Positions 25,891 to 29,592 of a stretch of DNA of 29,592 nt are shown one piece after another. The position numbers and the translations under genes are program-made. Position 1 is the first letter of the stretch, and each line of letters begins with the position of its first letter. The notes beneath the pieces are model-generated. The model worked only from the letters and a program-made list of their open reading frames with translations. It did no database searches and had not been told where the DNA came from. This DNA comes from a virus (Duplodnaviria > Caudoviricetes), in IMG/VR virus record IMGVR_UViG_3300033551_000029, positions 1 to 29,592 of that record. The stretch is one strand, 5' to 3'.

Positions 25891-25901
25891 AGGGGGCATC
25901 G

Positions 25902-26351
25902 ATGATCGACGAGACCCTAGAGACCTGGGCGGACATCGCCGACGTCTACAACCTGACGGGCGAGCACGTGTCTGCGGTTGTGCTCACCCAAGCCCAGGGG
26001 ATCATCGATCTGTTCAGCGGAACGACGTTCGCCGCCCGGGGCAACCTGTCCCAGCGCAACCTGCGACACCTGAATCGGGCGGTGGCCTATCAGGCTGGCT
26101 GGATGCCGCACCACCCGGATCTGTTCAGCCACATGGAAGTGGAGAGCATTAGCCAAGACGGGGCGACCGCGACCCCGGCCAACGAGAACGCCCGGCTACT
26201 GGCGCCGTTCGCTGCTCGCTGCCTTAAGCGGCTCACCTGGGTGCAGAAGCCGCTGCGCATCCGGCGCCGCTATGGCCAGTTCGACGATGTTGACGGCCCG
26301 CGTGACTCGGCAGTGGCGGACGACAACCGCAACTGGACATCGATGCGATGA
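25902..26351 (+). CDS. head-to-tail adaptor (149 aa)
   Basis: WADIADVYNLTG, LNRAVAYQAGW, SISQDG and LAPFAARCLKRL; synteny. Confidence 0.75.
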   Translation: MIDETLETWADIADVYNLTGEHVSAVVLTQAQGIIDLFSGTTFAARGNLSQRNLRHLNRAVAYQAGWMPHHPDLFSHMEVESISQDGATATPANENARLLAPFAARCLKRLTWVQKPLRIRRRYGQFDDVDGPRDSAVADDNRNWTSMR

Positions 26352-26680
26352 TTGCGGCGGCCAACACTAAGATCACCATCTTGCGCGGGACTCAGGTGGA
26401 CGCTTTCGGTGACACGGTCGATTCCGACGTCGCGGTGTATTCCGACATCCAGGCGGCGATCACCGAGAGCAACAGGCGGGTCTACCTGCCAGCAGAGAAA
26501 GCCTCGCGGGTGGTTCGGGCCTACGCCTGCCGGGTCGGGTACGAGGTGGATCTGCGCAAGGACGACCGCATCCGGGACCAGCTGTCCGGCACGGTCTATG
26601 TGGTCACCGAGTTGAACGAGCCGCTGCGCGTCGCCGGCACCCTGCCCGATCGGGTCGCCACCCTCTCCCGTACTACCTGA
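26348..26680 (+). CDS. head-to-tail stopper / head closure protein (110 aa)
   Basis: ITILRGTQVDAFGD and DLRKDDRIRDQLSGTVYVV; ATGA overlap; synteny. Confidence 0.75.
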   Translation: MIAAANTKITILRGTQVDAFGDTVDSDVAVYSDIQAAITESNRRVYLPAEKASRVVRAYACRVGYEVDLRKDDRIRDQLSGTVYVVTELNEPLRVAGTLPDRVATLSRTT

Positions 26681-26760
26681 CCGGTATAATCGGGACAGGG
26701 CGCAGCGGGTAGACCGCACGAAACGCCCGGATTGCCGGCCCGTAGAGGGAGGTGGGGGTT

Positions 26761-27150
26761 TTGGCACGCGCTTACGTACCAACCGCCACCGCGCAGATCC
26801 ACATCGATGAAATCCGCCGCGACATCCGGATTTGGCTCGCCGAGGAGATCTCCCGCGACGCCAAGCGTTACGCCGCTCGCGACACCGGCTACATGAAGGC
26901 CCACATCGGGCCGACCCACGATCACACCCGAGTGACAGCGCCGGGCGCCGGCATGCCGCCCAACGCGGACGCCCCTGCCTATGTGGAGTTCGGCACTCGC
27001 CCCCACCTGATCCCCAACGCGTTCGGTCTCGGGATCACGGTCCAACATCCGGGCACTGAGGCGCAGCCGTTCCTGCGCCCCGCTGCATACACTAAGCGTC
27101 GCGTCCCGCCATCGGTGGTCCGAGCTCGGGGGAGTTGGTCCGCGCGATGA
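26761..27150 (+). CDS. neck protein, HK97 gp10-like (129 aa)
   Basis: RDTGYMKAHI, AYVEFGTRPH and HPGTEAQPFLRPA; GGAGG at 26748-26752 favours TTG 26761; TATAAT at 26685-26690 upstream. Confidence 0.8.
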   Translation: MARAYVPTATAQIHIDEIRRDIRIWLAEEISRDAKRYAARDTGYMKAHIGPTHDHTRVTAPGAGMPPNADAPAYVEFGTRPHLIPNAFGLGITVQHPGTEAQPFLRPAAYTKRRVPPSVVRARGSWSAR

Positions 27151-27614
27151 GCGATCCGCTGCTTCCCAACTCGCTACTGGTGGCCAAGCACTGGCTGCTC
27201 GCGGCGGTCGGGGGTCTGGACCAGAACGTGGCGACCACCCTGCCAGACCCGCCGTGGCACAACGACGAGTTCCTGCAGGTGATGAACGTCGGCGGAGCGC
27301 CCGATCTCGACGTCCCGATGTTCCACCCGGTGGTGTCGGTGAACTGCTTCGCCATGAAGCCGAACTCGACCAAGCCGCCATGGGGGCGGGCCGCACAACT
27401 GGGGATGCGGGTAATCAAGGCGACCTACCAGATCGCCTACGCGCCCAGTACCAGGGTCGAGCTTAACCTCCCGGACGGCTATGGCCGGGCGATCGTGCAT
27501 TCGGTGTCTGCGGTGTCGGACCTGCGCGAGATCCCATCCGACCCCAGTCAGTATGCGGCGTACAACCTGGACCTGGCGATTCACTGGACCCCGGCCAGTC
27601 TGGTGGTGACCTGA
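27147..27614 (+). CDS. tail terminator / tail completion protein (155 aa)
   Basis: ATGA overlap; VATTLP, PVVSVNCFA and PPWGRAAQL; synteny. Confidence 0.7.
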   Translation: MSDPLLPNSLLVAKHWLLAAVGGLDQNVATTLPDPPWHNDEFLQVMNVGGAPDLDVPMFHPVVSVNCFAMKPNSTKPPWGRAAQLGMRVIKATYQIAYAPSTRVELNLPDGYGRAIVHSVSAVSDLREIPSDPSQYAAYNLDLAIHWTPASLVVT

Positions 27615-27615
27615 C

Positions 27616-27840
27616 ATGGCCCGATTCGCACTGGTCGGCGCCAGGTCGGGGCAATTGCTGACATATATGGGTCGGATCTTGCTGCACGACAACCGGGCCG
27701 AGATGGAGTTCCTGTTCCCCGGGGCTCGAGTGGTGCGGGTCTCGGACGGGGACCTGGGCCAGGCGTGGATGTGGGTCAAGAACCATCCGGACATGTCCCA
27801 CGTGCAGTGGCCGCTGCGGCGGGAGGATTTCGTCCGATGA
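27616..27840 (+). CDS. hypothetical protein (74 aa)
   Basis: Tightly packed ORF containing LLHDNRAEMEFLFPG; plausible codon use. Confidence 0.65.
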   Translation: MARFALVGARSGQLLTYMGRILLHDNRAEMEFLFPGARVVRVSDGDLGQAWMWVKNHPDMSHVQWPLRREDFVR

Positions 27841-27971
27841 CCAAGATGTTGGGGCGGCTGTGCCGGCGGCGGTTCACTTGCCAATGCTGTGACTGGTCCT
27901 GCACCATAAAGATCCAGCGGGTCCGGGAGACCCGCGCATGGCGCCGGGAGGTGGACCGTGGCGAAGCGTAA
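27837..27971 (+). CDS. small Cys-rich basic protein (44 aa)
   Basis: GGGAGG at 27821-27826, ATGA overlap; MTKMLGRLCRRRFTCQCCDWSC...RETRAWRRE. Confidence 0.55.
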   Translation: MTKMLGRLCRRRFTCQCCDWSCTIKIQRVRETRAWRREVDRGEA

Positions 27972-28158
27972 AGGCTCGCATCGTGGTTTCCGCAGCAAGG
28001 CTCAGTGGCGCCTGTTCTTCGCCAACCCGCGCCTGCGCCGCTACGCCCGCAAGTGGGCGCACAAGACCCCAGGTGGACCGGTGGTACGCTACCGGCGCCT
28101 GCCAGAACGTGTGAGTGTCCCGAAGTCCCGCAGCGTGCGGGGCAGGAAAAACAAGTAG
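27958..28158 (+). CDS. small highly basic protein (66 aa)
   Basis: GGGAGG RBS, GTG start; Arg/Lys-rich GFRSKAQWRLFFA. Confidence 0.65.
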   Translation: MAKRKGSHRGFRSKAQWRLFFANPRLRRYARKWAHKTPGGPVVRYRRLPERVSVPKSRSVRGRKNK

Positions 28159-28169
28159 GAGGTACTGCG

Positions 28170-28745
28170 GTGGCTACCGTTACCGTAACCAACCTGATCC
28201 AAGGTCCCGGCACGCTGTACCTCGGGGATTACTCCGCGACGGCGGCGAACGAGCCGGCGGCCAGTGCGATCAACACCAGTCCGGCTGCATCGGCCTGGAC
28301 CGACCTGGGCGGCACTAAGGATGGCGTGACCATCGAGGTGGCCCGGGAGTACGCGGAGCTCGCGGTCGACCAGATCATCGACGTGCCCGATCGGCGCCAG
28401 ACCAAGCGTGAGGTCACCCTGGCCACCAACCTGGCCGAGGTCACTCTTGAGAACCTCGCTTTGGCCTGCAACGAGGAGGCAGACACGGCGGTCACGACCG
28501 GGTCGGGCTACAAGGAGTACAGCCCGGACGAGAACCCGTTCATGCCGAACTTCAAGGCGCTGATCTTCGACGGCTACGCCCCGCAGGCGTACCGGCGGCG
28601 AGTCTGCGCCCGACGCATCCTGTCGGTCGACCCTGTCGCGACCGCGTACAAGAAGGACGACCAGGCGGTGTACACGGTGAAGTGGGCGACCCACTACGTG
28701 TCCAGCGCTGTCCGGCCCTACCGGATCATCGATCAGACCAGCTAA
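28170..28745 (+). CDS. major tail (tube) protein (191 aa)
   Basis: AGGAGG RBS; NLIQGPGTLY, WTDLGGTKDGV, VDQ, TNLAEVTLENL and AYKKDDQ motifs. Confidence 0.88.
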   Translation: MATVTVTNLIQGPGTLYLGDYSATAANEPAASAINTSPAASAWTDLGGTKDGVTIEVAREYAELAVDQIIDVPDRRQTKREVTLATNLAEVTLENLALACNEEADTAVTTGSGYKEYSPDENPFMPNFKALIFDGYAPQAYRRRVCARRILSVDPVATAYKKDDQAVYTVKWATHYVSSAVRPYRIIDQTS

Positions 28746-28754
28746 GGAGTCTGC

Positions 28755-29153
28755 GTGACGCAGCAGCTAGAGGCCACAGTGGTAGACAGCGGGTTCGGGG
28801 TCAACCCGGACCTGCTGACAGACGGCGGACCGGGCGACCTGCCCGCCGGGGTGTTCGCAGTCGGCACCGAGGTGCCCGCGAATCGGGTGGAACTGTTCCG
28901 GGCCAACGGACGGATCTATACCGCCCCGAGGGTCGCCGACCCCCGGATCACATTCCGGTTCATGCGAGCCCTGCACCGGCGGGTCAACCAGGAGCAGGCC
29001 ATCTCGGACATGATGTACGAGATCCTGGGCGAGCCGGTGGTCGACGAACTGGCCGATGGCGACCTGACCGAGGACCAGCTGGCCCAGGTGATGAAGGTGA
29101 TCACCAAATACACGATGTCGGCGTTCAACCGGGCTGGCCTGGGAAACTCCTAG
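28755..29153 (+). CDS. tail assembly chaperone, short form (132 aa)
   Basis: AAGGAG RBS; between the major tail and tape measure genes; ends at a slippery site (LGNS*). Confidence 0.8.
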   Translation: MTQQLEATVVDSGFGVNPDLLTDGGPGDLPAGVFAVGTEVPANRVELFRANGRIYTAPRVADPRITFRFMRALHRRVNQEQAISDMMYEILGEPVVDELADGDLTEDQLAQVMKVITKYTMSAFNRAGLGNS

Positions 29154-29473
29154 ACGAGGCGGCCGGGCTGCTATGGGTGCTGGAACTGGACGAGGATATC
29201 GAGTCCGACCTGCACAGATTCCATGGCGTCTGGGTTGACCTCGATCAGGACCAGTTCGCCGGGCTGTCCTCGGAGCGGCTGTTCAGCTTGATCCTGCGGC
29301 TTCCGGCCTACGACGGAGCGCTAGCCGCCCGGGTGTACCACATGCAGGAGGAGGCGAAGAAACACAACCCCAGCCATTCTGTTGCGCAGCCCGGCGCGGT
29401 CCAAAACGACAACGTCCACACGCTGCTAGCAGACCCGGCAGTCGCCCAGTATTTCGAGTACGAACAGGTGTAG
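29141..29473 (+). CDS. tail assembly chaperone, -1 frameshift extension
   Basis: G GGA AAC slippery heptamer at 29141-29147 in X XXY YYZ phase; the -1 frame stays open to 29473 (DIESDLHRFHG ... RLPAYDGAL). Confidence 0.8.
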   Translation, partial: GKLLDEAAGLLWVLELDEDIESDLHRFHGVWVDLDQDQFAGLSSERLFSLILRLPAYDGALAARVYHMQEEAKKHNPSHSVAQPGAVQNDNVHTLLADPAVAQYFEYEQV

Positions 29474-29485
29474 GGGAGGGTCGAC

Positions 29486-29592
29486 GTGGCGGTTGGGTTC
29501 AAAGTCGCCGACGCCTACGTCGACGTCCATGTCGAAGACGGCACTAAGGTCGGGCGCGATAAGATCGGCCGGGACACCGACAGGTGGGCCAA
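29486..29592 (+). CDS. tape measure protein, N-terminal fragment (partial)
   Basis: GGAGG RBS, GTG start, MAVGFKVADAYVDV typical of actinophage TMP starts; follows the chaperones. Confidence 0.75.
   Translation, partial: MAVGFKVADAYVDVHVEDGTKVGRDKIGRDTDRWA

Noticed and set aside
28682-29140. 263-aa ORF 28682-29473 as an independent gene
   Set aside because: The 5' part overlaps the major tail and chaperone genes in another frame; only the portion after the slippery site is credible.

Overview
High-GC, actinobacteriophage-type (siphovirus or prophage) virion morphogenesis region, with all credible genes on the + strand: small and large terminase, portal, MuF-like minor head protein, scaffold, major capsid, head-tail and neck genes, major tail, frameshifted tail chaperones and the start of the tape measure gene. 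About 14.7 kb (half the window) is taken by 12 extra genes inserted among the packaging and head genes. All 12 begin with a version of one ~25-aa N-terminal tag (consensus DQPRWPxGTPVAPGGxGPGGGRFR). All 12 also carry a short W-x3-(V/I/A/L/M)-x2-(R/S/I)-hydrophobic helix resembling the C-terminus of the scaffold protein. Their variable parts include ADP-ribosyltransferases, a zeta-toxin-like kinase, GNAT acetyltransferases, three HipA/PI3-4K-like kinases and a DUF3626-like domain. My main hypothesis (inference) is a modular system that loads enzymatic effectors into the capsid and delivers them to the host. Also seen: a 22-bp promoter/operator motif in four copies, a recurring C(GNRA)Y-G pentaloop hairpin in structural-gene leaders, and a GG/AP leader shared by scaffold and capsid. 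Family assignments come from reading motifs by eye, not from database searches.
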